A DNA stretch of 49,389 nt, counting the filler, from an uncultured Acidimicrobiales bacterium (GTDB lineage: Bacteria > Actinomycetota > Acidimicrobiia > Acidimicrobiales > UBA10347): the NCBI GenBank assembly GCA_943788915.1. It is 3 parts of 3 records of this genome, joined end to end, with 100 filler letters (N's around TTAATTAATTAA, not from the genome) between each part and the next. Parts side by side here need not be neighbours in the genome. Positions count along the whole stretch, not along the records: positions 16,115 to 39,113 come from CALSSD010000030.1; 2 more parts are not named here. The stretch is one strand, 5' to 3'. The first letter of the stretch is position 1. Each line of letters starts with the position of its first letter. The position numbers and the translations under genes were made by a program. A model generated the notes under the pieces. It saw nothing but the letters and a program-made list of their open reading frames with translations. It was not told where the DNA came from and ran no database searches. Below are positions 19,029 to 29,741 of this stretch, piece by piece.

Positions 19029-19562
19029 TTAATGGTCCGTTAGTGGGGCGTCGGGAAGCGTAACGGAACCATCGGCCGCGATGGTCGCATTGCGCAAATC
19101 ATCCACTTCGATGATGTGTTGGGCTTCGAGGCCCCAACTCTCGCCCTGGTCCCATCGTTCACGCTTCCAGATGGGAATCGTGGCCTTTAGTGCGTCGATA
19201 CAGAACCGGGCTGCGGCGAATGCCTCGGGGCGATGCGGTGACGAAGCGACCACAACAACCGCGCTATCGCCGATGACGAGTTCACCGACTCGGTGGATCA
19301 TGACGAGTCGGCCAACGGCTGGCCATCGGGTGCGGGCATCGGCGGCCAGTTCGGCAAGACGTGGCTGAACTTGGGCTTCGTAGGCCTCGTACTCAAGCTG
19401 GTCAACGCCGCTGCGGTCGCTGCTGTGGTCGCGGGCCACGCCCGAAAACAGCACCACTGCACCACAGTCTGGACGATGCGCCCAGTCGAGCGCCTCGGTT
19501 ACCGGCAACGGTTCCGTCGAAAGTCCGACCCAGTCATCGCCGGAGGTAGGAGTCTGCACCAC
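19029..19562 (-). CDS. moaE: Molybdopterin synthase catalytic subunit MoaE
   Basis: GAVVLFSGVARD, LEYEAY, HRVGEL.IG, SSPHR.EAF and LK...PIWKRE. Confidence 0.92.
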   Translation of the reverse strand: MVQTPTSGDDWVGLSTEPLPVTEALDWAHRPDCGAVVLFSGVARDHSSDRSGVDQLEYEAYEAQVQPRLAELAADARTRWPAVGRLVMIHRVGELVIGDSAVVVVASSPHRPEAFAAARFCIDALKATIPIWKRERWDQGESWGLEAQHIIEVDDLRNATIAADGSVTLPDAPLTDH

Positions 19563-19709
19563 ATCATCGTATACAACCCGACCTCATCGATCGGGTCCAC
19601 AGAGCGAGTCGCCATAACGAACGCACCGCAACCACAACTTCCGGTTGGCCGTTCACCTCGATGAGGGGCGCGGTGAGGGCGAGCTCTATCGGCAGTAGTG
19701 TGGCCTCTC

Positions 19710-20934
19710 GTGACCGGGCTTGATGATGATGACGACGGACCCGAAGAGTTTCGGCCCGTCCCTCATCCCGACGATCGCCTTTGGCGCCATCCATCTGAAA
19801 TTGCGGCCATGCAGGCTGCACACGCCAACGCGGAAACAGCGCAGATGCCCGTCGTATCGTTGCCCGACCCGGCACCCCGTTCACGACTCAATGCAGGTTT
19901 GAAGCTTGCTGCTGGTCTTGTTGTCGTCGGAGCCGCTGCGCTCACGATTGGTATCGTCTCGAGCCAGCGCAACTCCCCGACCGTGGAGACCAGTAACGCT
20001 GCTCCGCTCATGGTCGCCCTCAATCCAGGTAACCCACTCAGTAATCCGAGGTAACCCACTCAGTACTGAACGCCAAGAACCAGTAGTCACCGAGTTCACG
20101 GCCGAAGGCTCAAGCCAGGGCGAAGCGCTACTGACCGCCCGGGTCCATGACCAGGTCGCAGCCTCGCTGCCACGAATCACTGCCGTGACCTCGGCAGGCA
20201 TGCGCGAAGGCAGCGGCATGTTCGTGACCGACAACGGCCACATCGTCACCAGCGCTGGTCTGATCGACAGCGCCGAGTACGTCTTGGCCTGGACCGAAGA
20301 CGGCCAACGGTGGAAGGCCCATCTTGTTGCGACCGACCCGGTCTCCGATATCGCGGTAATCCAAATCGAAAGCGTCGACTGGCCTTCGGTATCACTCGAT
20401 GTTGGCGCCGACCTGCGAGACGGCCAATACGCACTTGCGCTCGACCACGATCATGACTCGATCGCTATCGGCGAAGTCATCAGTGTCACGTCACCGTTGC
20501 TCGAAGTCGAACAGTCAGCCGCCGTCCCTGGTTCCGCAATTATCGACGACACCGGCGCTGTCATCGCCATGATCATCGGCAACGGAACGAACCGCCACGG
20601 CGCCCGGGCTTGGATGCTCGAACAGGTCACCGTCGACTTAATCACTTCGAGTCGTGCCGCACACAACTGGCTCGGGTTGGTCGTGAGCCGCGAAGCCGCC
20701 AAGGACATGGTCGTTGTCACCTCTGTCGCCGAGGGGTCTCCCGCAGCTCAGGCTGGACTGCGAACCGGCGACTTGATCGACTCATTCGACGGTGATCCGA
20801 TTGTCGATGCGGCGTCGCTTCATCGCCAGCTGCAGCACGCCGAGCCCGGCGAGGATGCCGCACTCACGGTCACCCGTGATGGGAGCCGCCGCATCATCCT
20901 GGCCACCGTCACCGAGCTGGACCCGCAGGAGTAA
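19710..20934 (+). pseudogene. HtrA/S1C-like trypsin plus PDZ membrane protein; frameshifted at ~20048 as assembled and lacking catalytic residues
   Basis: N-terminal part has PHPDDRLWRHPSE and a TM helix (19710-20054). The C-terminal part is in another frame with GSG.FV...GHIVT, DPVSDIAVI and a PDZ domain (GSPAAQAGL.TGDLI). Removing one G joins the two parts. Confidence 0.75.
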
Positions 20935-20938
20935 CCCG

Positions 20939-21958
20939 CTAGTTACGCCAGCGGTGAGATAACGCCCGGATAACCGCCAGGAGCGCAGCCGCGCCTGCGC
21001 CCGCTCCGCCGAGTGCGATCTGCTGACGGCGTTTGGCGTTCAGCATTGCCCACGGCCGAGGGTCGAAGCTGTCGACATACGCCTCGACATTTGACCACGA
21101 CGGCTCCCACCCCAAGGCCCGAAGACGATCGTTCGACACCACCCATGGTTCTGTGGCGTATTGCATGATGCCCGGCGGTGTCGCCGCGATGCCTCGGTTC
21201 CAGCTGAAGCGCACGATCTCGTCAGCAACTGCACTCGGGATCGGGAGTCGGGGGGCTCGACCAGAAAGTGAACGAACTTCCTCGGCTCGGACCCAACCGT
21301 CGGGAGCAACGTTGTACACCCCGGCTTGCCGTGTCCGCACCAGTAGTTCGACTGCGGCTGCGAGGTCGTCGAGATGCAAGAACTGCAACGGTGGATCGCT
21401 ATCACTGCCGAGTCCAGCGGCAAGTTGCATGCTCTTCGCAACCCAACTGGAACGACCACTGGCAACTGCGGTACTCGGGCGCACGATTGTGAGCAGTCCT
21501 CCGGTAGCAGCCTGCCACTCGTTGCCGAGCCGTTCGATCGTGGCCTTGTTCTCGGCAAACGCAAGCGCGCTGGGGCGCACCGGCGCGTGTTCGGTCAGCG
21601 GGATCGGGTTCTCGGCTCGGGCGCCGTAGACCATGGCGCTGGACAACAACACGACCTGACCTACGCCGGCACGAGCCGCAGCATCGAGCGTGAGCTGAGC
21701 GGCGCGGGTGTCATGACGAGCTGCATCAACGAACTCGTTGCGCCCATAGGCCGAGGCCAGGTTGACCAAAATGTCGGCTCCCTCGAGGATCTCGTCGAGA
21801 TCCAGCGCACGAAGATCACCCAGGTGGTGTCCTACGAGTCCTTCGGTGGCTGTGCCAACCCGGTCAACGCCAACGACCGAAAAATAATCTGATACAGCCA
21901 GAGCTTTCGCAACGCGCGATCCAACTGCCCCTGCAACTCCGGTGACAACGATTCGCAC
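20939..21958 (-). CDS. NAD-dependent epimerase/dehydratase family protein
   Basis: RIVVTGVAGAVG, SSAMVYGA and QFLHLDDLA. An RBS GAAGGG precedes GTG 21958. Confidence 0.88.
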   Translation of the reverse strand: MRIVVTGVAGAVGSRVAKALAVSDYFSVVGVDRVGTATEGLVGHHLGDLRALDLDEILEGADILVNLASAYGRNEFVDAARHDTRAAQLTLDAAARAGVGQVVLLSSAMVYGARAENPIPLTEHAPVRPSALAFAENKATIERLGNEWQAATGGLLTIVRPSTAVASGRSSWVAKSMQLAAGLGSDSDPPLQFLHLDDLAAAVELLVRTRQAGVYNVAPDGWVRAEEVRSLSGRAPRLPIPSAVADEIVRFSWNRGIAATPPGIMQYATEPWVVSNDRLRALGWEPSWSNVEAYVDSFDPRPWAMLNAKRRQQIALGGAGAGAAALLAVIRALSHRWRN

Positions 21959-22034
21959 GGATATCCCTTCTGTTTGCGGCAATCACCTGCGGGGCGACGA
22001 CTGATAGTTGAAGGTCGAGCCTACGCTCATTGTG

Positions 22035-23294
22035 ATGAGTGATGACAGCGGCAATGACGGGAACCCGTTTGGCGATATGCCGTTCTTCGGCGATTTCTCC
22101 AACATGGCAAACATGTTTGGCGGCGGAGGCGATCCCTGGGCACAGGCCAAACAGATCGCGGCTTCGGTAGCCACCGGGGGCGAGTCCGAGAGCAATGTTG
22201 ACCCGGGCGATCGCATCGCGTTCGAACAACTTGCCCGGGTCGCGGAGCTTCATGTCTCTACCGCCACTGGTATGACCGTGGGCGACGGCACTCCCCCACA
22301 GATCCGACCCGCGACCCGTCACGAGTGGGCTCTGGCCACGCTCGAGGCCTACCGGCCCATGCTTCAGACCATGGCCGAGACTATGAGCCAATCAATGTCG
22401 GGTATGGGTGAAGATCTGCTGCCGAGTGATGCCGATATCCCCGGTCTTCCTGGCGGTATGTTCAGTGGTGACTTCATGGCTCAGATCATGAAGATGCTCG
22501 CGCCGATGATGTTGTCGATGACCTCGGGTTCCATGGCAGGTCAGCTGGCCCGCACCAGCCTGGGCTCGTACGACCTGCCGATCCCTCGGCCCGGCGTGTC
22601 AGAACTCCTGGTCGTGCACGCCAACATCTCGTCGTTCACCGAAGAGTGGTCCGTGCCGACCGACGACGTGCGACTGTGGGTCTGCCTCCACGAGTACTTG
22701 CACCATGTCATTCTGCGCCAGCCCCATGTCGCCGAGCGGATGAACGAACTGATCACCCGGTATGTGTCTGCGTTCGAGTCGAACTCCCAGGCACTCGGCA
22801 ACCAGTTCGGTGGGCTTGATCCTTCAAACCCCGAGTCCATGGGCCAACTCGAAGGGTTGATGAATGATCCCGAGGCCCTCATGGGTGTTGTGCAAAGCGA
22901 CGCCCAGCGGGCAATGTTGCCCGAGATTTCCGCGCTGCTCGCTGCCATCGTTGGGTACGTCGACCACATGATGGACTCGATTGGGTCCACGCTAATCAGC
23001 AGTTACTCCATGATCAGCGAAGCACTCCATCGCCGCCGGGTTACCGCTGACCCAACCGATCGGTTCCTGCAACGAATGCTTGGCCTCGAACTTGACCAGG
23101 CGTGTTACGAACAAGGCCGGTCGTTCGTCGATGGTGTCGTCGAGCGCGGCGGACGTCCAGCACTCGCTCGGTTGTGGGAGTCGGCACGAGAACTACCCAC
23201 ACCAAACGAGATCGTCGCTCCCGGCCTCTGGCTTGCCCGCATCGATCTCGGCGACCTCGACGAACCCTCGGCACCAGCAGACGAAGAGGAATAA
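22035..23294 (+). CDS. Zinc-dependent metalloprotease (zincin, DUF2342-type)
   Basis: GSYDLPIP, LWVCLHEYLH (HExxH), Y.QGR.FV.GV, and LPT.NEI.APGLWLAR. Confidence 0.85.
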   Translation: MSDDSGNDGNPFGDMPFFGDFSNMANMFGGGGDPWAQAKQIAASVATGGESESNVDPGDRIAFEQLARVAELHVSTATGMTVGDGTPPQIRPATRHEWALATLEAYRPMLQTMAETMSQSMSGMGEDLLPSDADIPGLPGGMFSGDFMAQIMKMLAPMMLSMTSGSMAGQLARTSLGSYDLPIPRPGVSELLVVHANISSFTEEWSVPTDDVRLWVCLHEYLHHVILRQPHVAERMNELITRYVSAFESNSQALGNQFGGLDPSNPESMGQLEGLMNDPEALMGVVQSDAQRAMLPEISALLAAIVGYVDHMMDSIGSTLISSYSMISEALHRRRVTADPTDRFLQRMLGLELDQACYEQGRSFVDGVVERGGRPALARLWESARELPTPNEIVAPGLWLARIDLGDLDEPSAPADEEE

Positions 23295-23335
23295 CCCCAG
23301 GTCACCAAAAGCCCAGGAACGCAGACCCGGGCAAC

Positions 23336-25021
23336 TCAGACGGGGTTTGTTCCCATCGGCGGTGTGTGGTTTGGTTCGACCAGTGGAGGGAGCGGGTCGA
23401 TTTCGTTAAGCCACGCTGGCGGACCGAGCACATCATCGACAGCTGGCTCATCGTTGAAGACTGCAGCTGCCCAGTCAGGCGGTTCGACCCTACGGTCAGC
23501 GAAGGCTTCGGCATAAGGATCCGCCGAACTCACCCCGTTTGTCGTGGGCGTCGACGCCCGTGGCGCTTCGTCAGACGTGACCGCTGCCATCTGTGTCGTT
23601 GGTGGCGGTTCGGGAACAGGAATCGGTGGCGCTGGTGGCGCTGTTGGTCCGCTCTCATCGGATTGGCGGGGCCGTGGGGTTCGACCCAATCGACCGCCTA
23701 TCCGGGGGGCGCCGCCAAACGACAGGCCGCTACGAGCGCCCTGTTGCATGATGAACACGCCAATGCCAACGGCGGCTATGGCGATCACCAAGAACCCGGC
23801 ACGGAGCGGAAACGAGACGATCACAGCAAGCAGCGACCCGACGACCCATGCGATCTGAAACTGGGTTTCGAAACGTCCGAACGCTGCACCGTGGTTGGCA
23901 CCGGGAGCGTCGCGCTGCACAAGTGAGTCGAAGGCAAGTTTGGCTGCCGACGCTGAGCCGCCAACAATGAGAGCTACCAGTGCGGCGCCACTGAGACCAC
24001 CCGCCCATACGGCGGCCACTGCCGATACAGCCACTGCCACGACTGCGCCAACAAGCATTGTCTCTTCGCTAAAACGTCGGCGGAACCATGGTGCGATCAC
24101 ATTTCCCGCGAAGCCGCCGAAACCCCAGAGGGCGAAGGGGATGGCTGCTTTGTACCACGGCAGGCCGGGATCGTCGAGAAGCTCGAACCCGAGCGCTGCC
24201 TTAACCGCAGCCCCTGCCGCTGTGCCGATACCGGATAGATCCGGGAGCTCGGACCGTACGAACTCGAACAGCAACAAGAAGAAGACGAAACCGACGATGC
24301 CCCGCAAGGTTGCCATCACGAACGACGCCAGCCGAACGCCCGACGATCGGATATCTAGGTCGTCGTCGGTCGTTTCAGGATCGTCGACGACGACACGGGG
24401 CATCTTCATCGAGAACCCCACACCCACCAAGTACACGATGGCTGCCCACCACAAGGTGGGTGTCGACCCAAACAATTGGTAGAGACCAGCGGCTGGTATC
24501 ACACCGATTACACCGGCAACCGCCGAAAGAATGGCCAGCCGAGAGTTCTTGTCGACGAGTTCGTCCTCGTCGTGAACGGTCGTGGGCACAGTCGCCGCCT
24601 TGGCGACCGAATAGGTCTTACCCAGCACCAGCCAGATGAACGCAATCGGGAAGAACCATGCCGTATCAATATTGCGAATAAGGAGCACCATCAACGCAGC
24701 GCGGAGTAAAAGCGAGAGTGCAATCGTTGCCCGCCGACCACCACGTACCCGGTCGAGCGCTGGCCCGATCAGTGGCCCGACGAGAGCAAACGGCGCCATC
24801 GTCAGCACCAATGCCAACAGGATTCTCGACCGCGCATCGTTGGGATCGATGGTGAGCAAGGTGCCCGCCAACGTGACGAAGACCGATGCCTCGCCGGCAG
24901 CGTGGAAGGCGTGCGTCCGGGCAAGGCGGACGAACGGCGTGACGGCAGCTGCTCTGAACGATGCTGGTCGAGACGAAGCTCCTGGTTCCGGTGGAGGACC
25001 CGTGGGGTTTGGGCGCGACAT
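23336..25021 (-). CDS. MFS-type transporter with a Pro-rich C-terminal tail
   Basis: LTMAPFALVGPLIGPALDR, KTYSVAKAATVP and FDSLVQRDAP..N.G.AF.RFET.FQ, with about 12 hydrophobic segments. The start is uncertain. Confidence 0.8.
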   Translation of the reverse strand: MSRPNPTGPPPEPGASSRPASFRAAAVTPFVRLARTHAFHAAGEASVFVTLAGTLLTIDPNDARSRILLALVLTMAPFALVGPLIGPALDRVRGGRRATIALSLLLRAALMVLLIRNIDTAWFFPIAFIWLVLGKTYSVAKAATVPTTVHDEDELVDKNSRLAILSAVAGVIGVIPAAGLYQLFGSTPTLWWAAIVYLVGVGFSMKMPRVVVDDPETTDDDLDIRSSGVRLASFVMATLRGIVGFVFFLLLFEFVRSELPDLSGIGTAAGAAVKAALGFELLDDPGLPWYKAAIPFALWGFGGFAGNVIAPWFRRRFSEETMLVGAVVAVAVSAVAAVWAGGLSGAALVALIVGGSASAAKLAFDSLVQRDAPGANHGAAFGRFETQFQIAWVVGSLLAVIVSFPLRAGFLVIAIAAVGIGVFIMQQGARSGLSFGGAPRIGGRLGRTPRPRQSDESGPTAPPAPPIPVPEPPPTTQMAAVTSDEAPRASTPTTNGVSSADPYAEAFADRRVEPPDWAAAVFNDEPAVDDVLGPPAWLNEIDPLPPLVEPNHTPPMGTNPV

Positions 25022-25301
25022 CCCAGGACGCGACAGCGGTTGCCAGCCCGACCCCATTCCCTGATCCTTCACCCTCACAAATCTAGTTCGCCGGCGCCGC
25101 GATAGCCGGGTGCCTTGTTCGGCCAGCAAAAGTCTCGCGCTCGCGCTCGATAGGTGGAAGCGGGCACGCTGATCGGCGGAGAGCGAAATCGGCTGAGGAC
25201 CAACCCGTTTCAAGTCCCGCGACAACCCGTGTGTTCATCTCGCACGAGCTCGGTCTCGTTGCACCAACTGTGGCTGCCCCAGAGGTGTCAGCGAATCGTG
25301 G

Positions 25302-26027
25302 TTAGTCGCTGAACTTGTAACCGAGTCCCCGAATCGTCACGATCAGGACTGGTGTAGACGGGTCAACTTCTACCTTGTTGCGTAGTCGTTTGATATGGAC
25401 ATCGAGCGTCTTGGTATCGCCCACATAGTCATGACCCCAGACCTTGTCGATGAGCTGGTCCCGGGTCAACACTCGGCCAGCGTTGGTGGTCAGGGCCACC
25501 AGCAGGTCGAACTCCTTGAGCGGCATGTCGACCGGCATGCCCCGCACCACGACCTCGTGCCTGCCTGGATCGATGCGTACATCACCAACCTCGATCGGAG
25601 CGCTGAGTTCACCACTGCTGGCTCCAGGCTCAGACACTGTCTCATCGGCTGCAGAACGCCGCAGCACTGAGCGCATGCGGGCCACAAGCTCACGGAAGCG
25701 GTACGGCTTGGTCACATAGTCGTCGGCACCGACCTCGAGGCCGACGACCGCATCGATCTCTTCGCCCTTCGCCGAAACCATGATGATCGGCACGTCACTC
25801 TTTCTTCGGATTTCGCGGCAGACGTCGATGCCGGAGATCCGAGGAAGCATGACGTCGAGTAGCACAATGTCTGGGTCGCCGGCATCGAATCGCGCCAACG
25901 CCTCGACACCGTCGCGGGCGACATCGATGGCAAAACCTTCTCGGCCGAGGCCAATACGAAGCGCCTCAAGAAACGACTCTTCGTCTTCGACAACCAGGAC
26001 CTTCGTTGGTTTTGGCGCAGAATCCAT
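25302..26027 (-). CDS. regX3: OmpR/PhoB-family response regulator (RegX3-like)
   Basis: VLVVEDE, LLDVMLP, GADDYVTKP and VWG.DYVGDTKTLDVHIKRLR, in a pst/phoU context. Confidence 0.9.
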   Translation of the reverse strand: MDSAPKPTKVLVVEDEESFLEALRIGLGREGFAIDVARDGVEALARFDAGDPDIVLLDVMLPRISGIDVCREIRRKSDVPIIMVSAKGEEIDAVVGLEVGADDYVTKPYRFRELVARMRSVLRRSAADETVSEPGASSGELSAPIEVGDVRIDPGRHEVVVRGMPVDMPLKEFDLLVALTTNAGRVLTRDQLIDKVWGHDYVGDTKTLDVHIKRLRNKVEVDPSTPVLIVTIRGLGYKFSD

Positions 26028-26054
26028 TACCCGACCTCGCGTGCAGTCTGTGGT

Positions 26055-27267
26055 TCAGGACTCTGGCCGTGGCTCGGCACCGGCCGGGGGGAACGACTGG
26101 CAGGACCAGCGTGAAGGAGGAGCCATCACCTTCGAACGAGGCAACGCTGACGTGTCCCCTCCGTGGTTGAGCGCGACATGACGCACGATGGACAGACCGA
26201 TGCCCGTCCCCCCGGTTGCTGCCTCGCGTGAGCGATCGCCCCGGTAGAAACGTTCGAAGATGCGGTCGAGATCGCGTGCTGGGATGCCTCGGCCGGTGTC
26301 CTGCACAACCAGGGCAACACCGTCGTCGTCGAGCCGGGCGCTGAACGCTGACCGAGTCACCTGGCGAGCTGTATTTCACCGCGTTCTCAACCAGGTTCAC
26401 CAGCGCGGTGGCCAGCTGCGATCGGTTACCTACCAGCGTGATCGGTTCGTCGGGAACGACCGCACCAATGGTGATGTCGCCCGACTGGGCCTGGACCCGG
26501 GTTCGTTCGACGGCCTCGTCGATCAGATCTTGCACAACAACAATGTCGGTGTAGATCTCTGCGCTGGATTCGATACGGCTGAGCTCCAGCAGGTCGTCGA
26601 TCGCCTCGGTCATACGGTCGGTCTCGATAAGCATGCGATCCGTGAGCTGGGTCCGAGTGTCAAGATCCTGTTCGTCGATCAACATTTCAGCGAGCAGGCT
26701 CACTGCACCCACAGGCGTCCGCAACTCATGGCTCAGGTTGGCGATGAAGTCCCGACGTGTCTTCTCGATCCGGTGGTGATCCGTGACATCGTCGATGACC
26801 GTGAGAGAACCAATGACCTGTGCGTCTGCGGTAATCGGAACGGCATGCACGAACAGGTTGCGCGGCGGCGGGCCAAACACGTTGATTTCGCGTTCTGCGC
26901 GACGGCCTTGCACTGCTTCTGCCAGCACCGCCACGGTGGTGGCATCGACCAGTGTTTTCTCGTGGGATCTAGTGGCAGCATCGACGGCCAAACGACTGCG
27001 CACCAGCACCTTTCCAGAACCATCGGTCACGATCACGCCCGATGTCAGCGCATCGAGTGACAGCTTCAGCAGGTTTACTTCCGCCGCCGCGGCCGAGGTG
27101 TCGCGTTCCGCGTGAGAGAGGATTCGCTGGTGTTCGTCGACCGGGTCAGATCCGTGTCGACCACCAATTGCTGTGTTGATTCTCGCCCGCACAATACGCG
27201 ACACAACAAGCGTTGTTACCGCGCCGATCACAGCAGCGGTAACCGCGACTGCGAGGACGACGGTCAT
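26055..27267 (-). pseudogene. senX3: Sensor histidine kinase (SenX3/PhoR-like), with several frameshifts near the 3' end as assembled
   Basis: N-terminal TM, RRDFIANLSHELRTP and NLVENAVKYS. The G1/F/G2 boxes (VQDTGRGI, IFERFYR, GGTGIGLSI) are in a second frame. Frame switches occur at ~26345, ~26157 and probably ~26090. Confidence 0.85.
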
Positions 27268-27268
27268 G

Positions 27269-28075
27269 TCAGACCGCTTCCTCGGCGAATCGACGAATCA
27301 GATCGCTGCAGTCGATCGACGTGGTTCCAACAAGTGAACTCACCGCAGCAAACCCTGCCATCACCATTCCCGTGTCACTTTCAGGCTCGACTTGGTCGTC
27401 GGTCACCATGAAGCCCATCTTCAAGACGTTCTCGGTCTTTTCCTCGACGTAGGACCGATAGCGCGATATCTGCGAGACCGAGGCAGCAGCGATGCCAGCA
27501 AGTTCGGAAAGCCCGCAGCGAGGGACATTGATGTTCAGAATCTGGTGGCCGCTTGTCGGCAAAAGTTTCATTAGTTGCACCGCGACCTCGGCTGCGGTGT
27601 CGAAACGAAGTGGCGCGTCGAGATCGTCGAATTTGTGCTCGGCGCTCACCGCCACAGCTGGCACGCCGAATGCAGCCGCGGTGACTGCAGCAGACACCGT
27701 GCCGCTATGGCGGACCGCTCCACCAGTATTGAGACCCCAGTTGATACCGGACGCGACGATGTCGGCTGGTTCACCAAAGGCGCCTCGCATAGCAAGGAGT
27801 GCGCACATAGCTGGTGGGGCTGCAACCGCGTATGCCTCGACTCCAGGCGCTTCGGCAAGGGTGCGTTGCTGATAGGCGATCTCGCGACTCGTGCCGCTAA
27901 AGCTGCTGGCGGCCCGACTGATGATCGAGGTACCGGCGCCGCTGTAGTCGCTGTCGGGGGCGATCACGATGGGTTCGTATCCGTGGGCGACCAAAGTGGC
28001 AGTGAGAACCCGGAGCCCTTCGCCGTCGATGCCGTCGTCGTTCGTGACGAGCACTCGTGTCGCTTGTTTGGTCAT
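27269..28075 (-). CDS. surE: 5'/3'-nucleotidase SurE
   Basis: VLVTNDDGIDGEG, IAP..DYSGAG, VASGINWGLN and HSGTVSAA. Confidence 0.9.
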   Translation of the reverse strand: MTKQATRVLVTNDDGIDGEGLRVLTATLVAHGYEPIVIAPDSDYSGAGTSIISRAASSFSGTSREIAYQQRTLAEAPGVEAYAVAAPPAMCALLAMRGAFGEPADIVASGINWGLNTGGAVRHSGTVSAAVTAAAFGVPAVAVSAEHKFDDLDAPLRFDTAAEVAVQLMKLLPTSGHQILNINVPRCGLSELAGIAAASVSQISRYRSYVEEKTENVLKMGFMVTDDQVEPESDTGMVMAGFAAVSSLVGTTSIDCSDLIRRFAEEAV

Positions 28076-28083
28076 GGTCGTCG

Positions 28084-28854
28084 TTACTCGTCTTCCGGGT
28101 CGGTACCAGCGAGGTCGCTGGCACTTTCACTGACAGTACGTGCTCCGATTGCCCCGCCGGCGCTTCGGTTTCGTGCCCGCTCCGCGCCAGCGTGTTCGGG
28201 CGTCCAACCTTCGACGATGTAGCGGACCCATTCGCCAACGTTCACCGCATGATCACCAACCCGCTCGTAGAAGCGGCCCAAAAGTGCCATCTGAATGGAT
28301 GTTTGCGGATCGTTGCCGTGGAGGCGGTGATCTTCGAGCACAGCAGTGATGAGTTCATTGGCGTAGTCGTCGAGACGATCGTCGATGTCATCGAGTGCGG
28401 CACCGAGCGCAACGTCGCGGCCGGCGTAAGCCTCGCCAGCAAGGCGGAACATGCGCTGTGCTTCTTCACTCATCTTGGTGATCAAGCCGCGAATTCGCGG
28501 GTCGTAGTCGGTGCCGAACATACGCCGAGTTGCCTTGGCAATGTTCACGACCAGGTCGCCGGATCGTTCTATCTCGGGGTTGAGGCGAATGGCGGCCACG
28601 ATCTCGCGCAGGTCGGTCGCCATCGGCTGTTGCAGCGCAAGCAGCTGGGTACACATGGTGTCGAGGTTGACCGACACCGCATCGAGCAGATCGTCGTCGT
28701 CGATGAGCCGTTGTGCTGCGTCGAGGTCGTTGTTCAAAAACGCGTCGGTCGCACGAGGAATCATCTCGGTGACCATGGCGCACATGCGCACAATTTCGTC
28801 GCGAACCTCGTCGAGGCTGGAGTGGAATGACCCACGGAGTGGAGCTTCAGTCAT
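28084..28854 (-). CDS. phoU: Phosphate signalling protein PhoU
   Basis: LALQQPMATDLR, IERSGDL..NIA, DD.LDD and RFYERVGDHAVNV.E. Confidence 0.95.
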   Translation of the reverse strand: MTEAPLRGSFHSSLDEVRDEIVRMCAMVTEMIPRATDAFLNNDLDAAQRLIDDDDLLDAVSVNLDTMCTQLLALQQPMATDLREIVAAIRLNPEIERSGDLVVNIAKATRRMFGTDYDPRIRGLITKMSEEAQRMFRLAGEAYAGRDVALGAALDDIDDRLDDYANELITAVLEDHRLHGNDPQTSIQMALLGRFYERVGDHAVNVGEWVRYIVEGWTPEHAGAERARNRSAGGAIGARTVSESASDLAGTDPEDE

Positions 28855-28863
28855 AGTGCGCCC

Positions 28864-29739
28864 CTAGCCGAATCGGCCGGTGATGTAGTTCTCGGTTCGC
28901 TCGTCGGCGGGGTTCGAGAAGATGGTTGTTGTGGCGTCGTATTCCACGAGTACGCCGGTGCGCTGCTCGGTCTTTGGGTCGACCTCGGCAGTGAAGAATG
29001 CGGTGCGATCACTGACTCGAGCAGCCTGCTGCATGTTGTGGGTCACGATCATGATCGTGTAGTCGTGTTTGAGCTCAGCCATGAGGTCTTCGATACGAGC
29101 GGTAGCGATCGGGTCGAGGGCCGAACACGGTTCGTCCATGAGTAACACGTCGGGGCTCGACGCGATCGCCCGGGCGATACAGAGACGTTGTTGCTGGCCA
29201 CCGGACATGCCGGTTGCCGATGCGCTCAGCCGATCCTTCACCTCTTCCCACAGTGCTGCCCGCTGCAACGATGCTTCGACGATGTCGCTCAGCTCGCTCT
29301 TGTTCTTGATGCCTGCGATCCTGGGCCCATAGGCCACATTGTCGAAGATCGACTTTGGGAACGGATTCGGTTTCTGGAACACCATGCCGATGCGGCGGCG
29401 GACTTCGACTGCGTCGACCTTGGGGTCATACAGGTCTACGCCTCGGTAGCGCAGCAGACCTTCGACCCGAGCGGTTGGAATCAGGTCGTTCATCCGGTTA
29501 AACGACCGTAATACGGTGGACTTGCCACAGCCAGATGGGCCGATGAGCGCGGTGATTTCCCCCTGACGGATGTCAAGGTTGACGTCTCGGACCGCTCGAA
29601 AGTCACCATAAAACACGCTGAGGTCAGTGGTCTGGAACACCACGTCTTCGGCTGATGCCGCTTCCGGCATCTGTGTCTGATCAGTACTACTCACGGTCAC
29701 GCCCTTCGCGGGGACATCTGTCGAGGTCACGCTACTCAT
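28864..29739 (-). CDS. pstB: Phosphate ABC transporter ATP-binding protein PstB
   Basis: [46 protein letters not shown] and YITGRFG. Confidence 0.97.
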   Translation of the reverse strand: MSSVTSTDVPAKGVTVSSTDQTQMPEAASAEDVVFQTTDLSVFYGDFRAVRDVNLDIRQGEITALIGPSGCGKSTVLRSFNRMNDLIPTARVEGLLRYRGVDLYDPKVDAVEVRRRIGMVFQKPNPFPKSIFDNVAYGPRIAGIKNKSELSDIVEASLQRAALWEEVKDRLSASATGMSGGQQQRLCIARAIASSPDVLLMDEPCSALDPIATARIEDLMAELKHDYTIMIVTHNMQQAARVSDRTAFFTAEVDPKTEQRTGVLVEYDATTTIFSNPADERTENYITGRFG

Positions 29740-29741
29740 TC

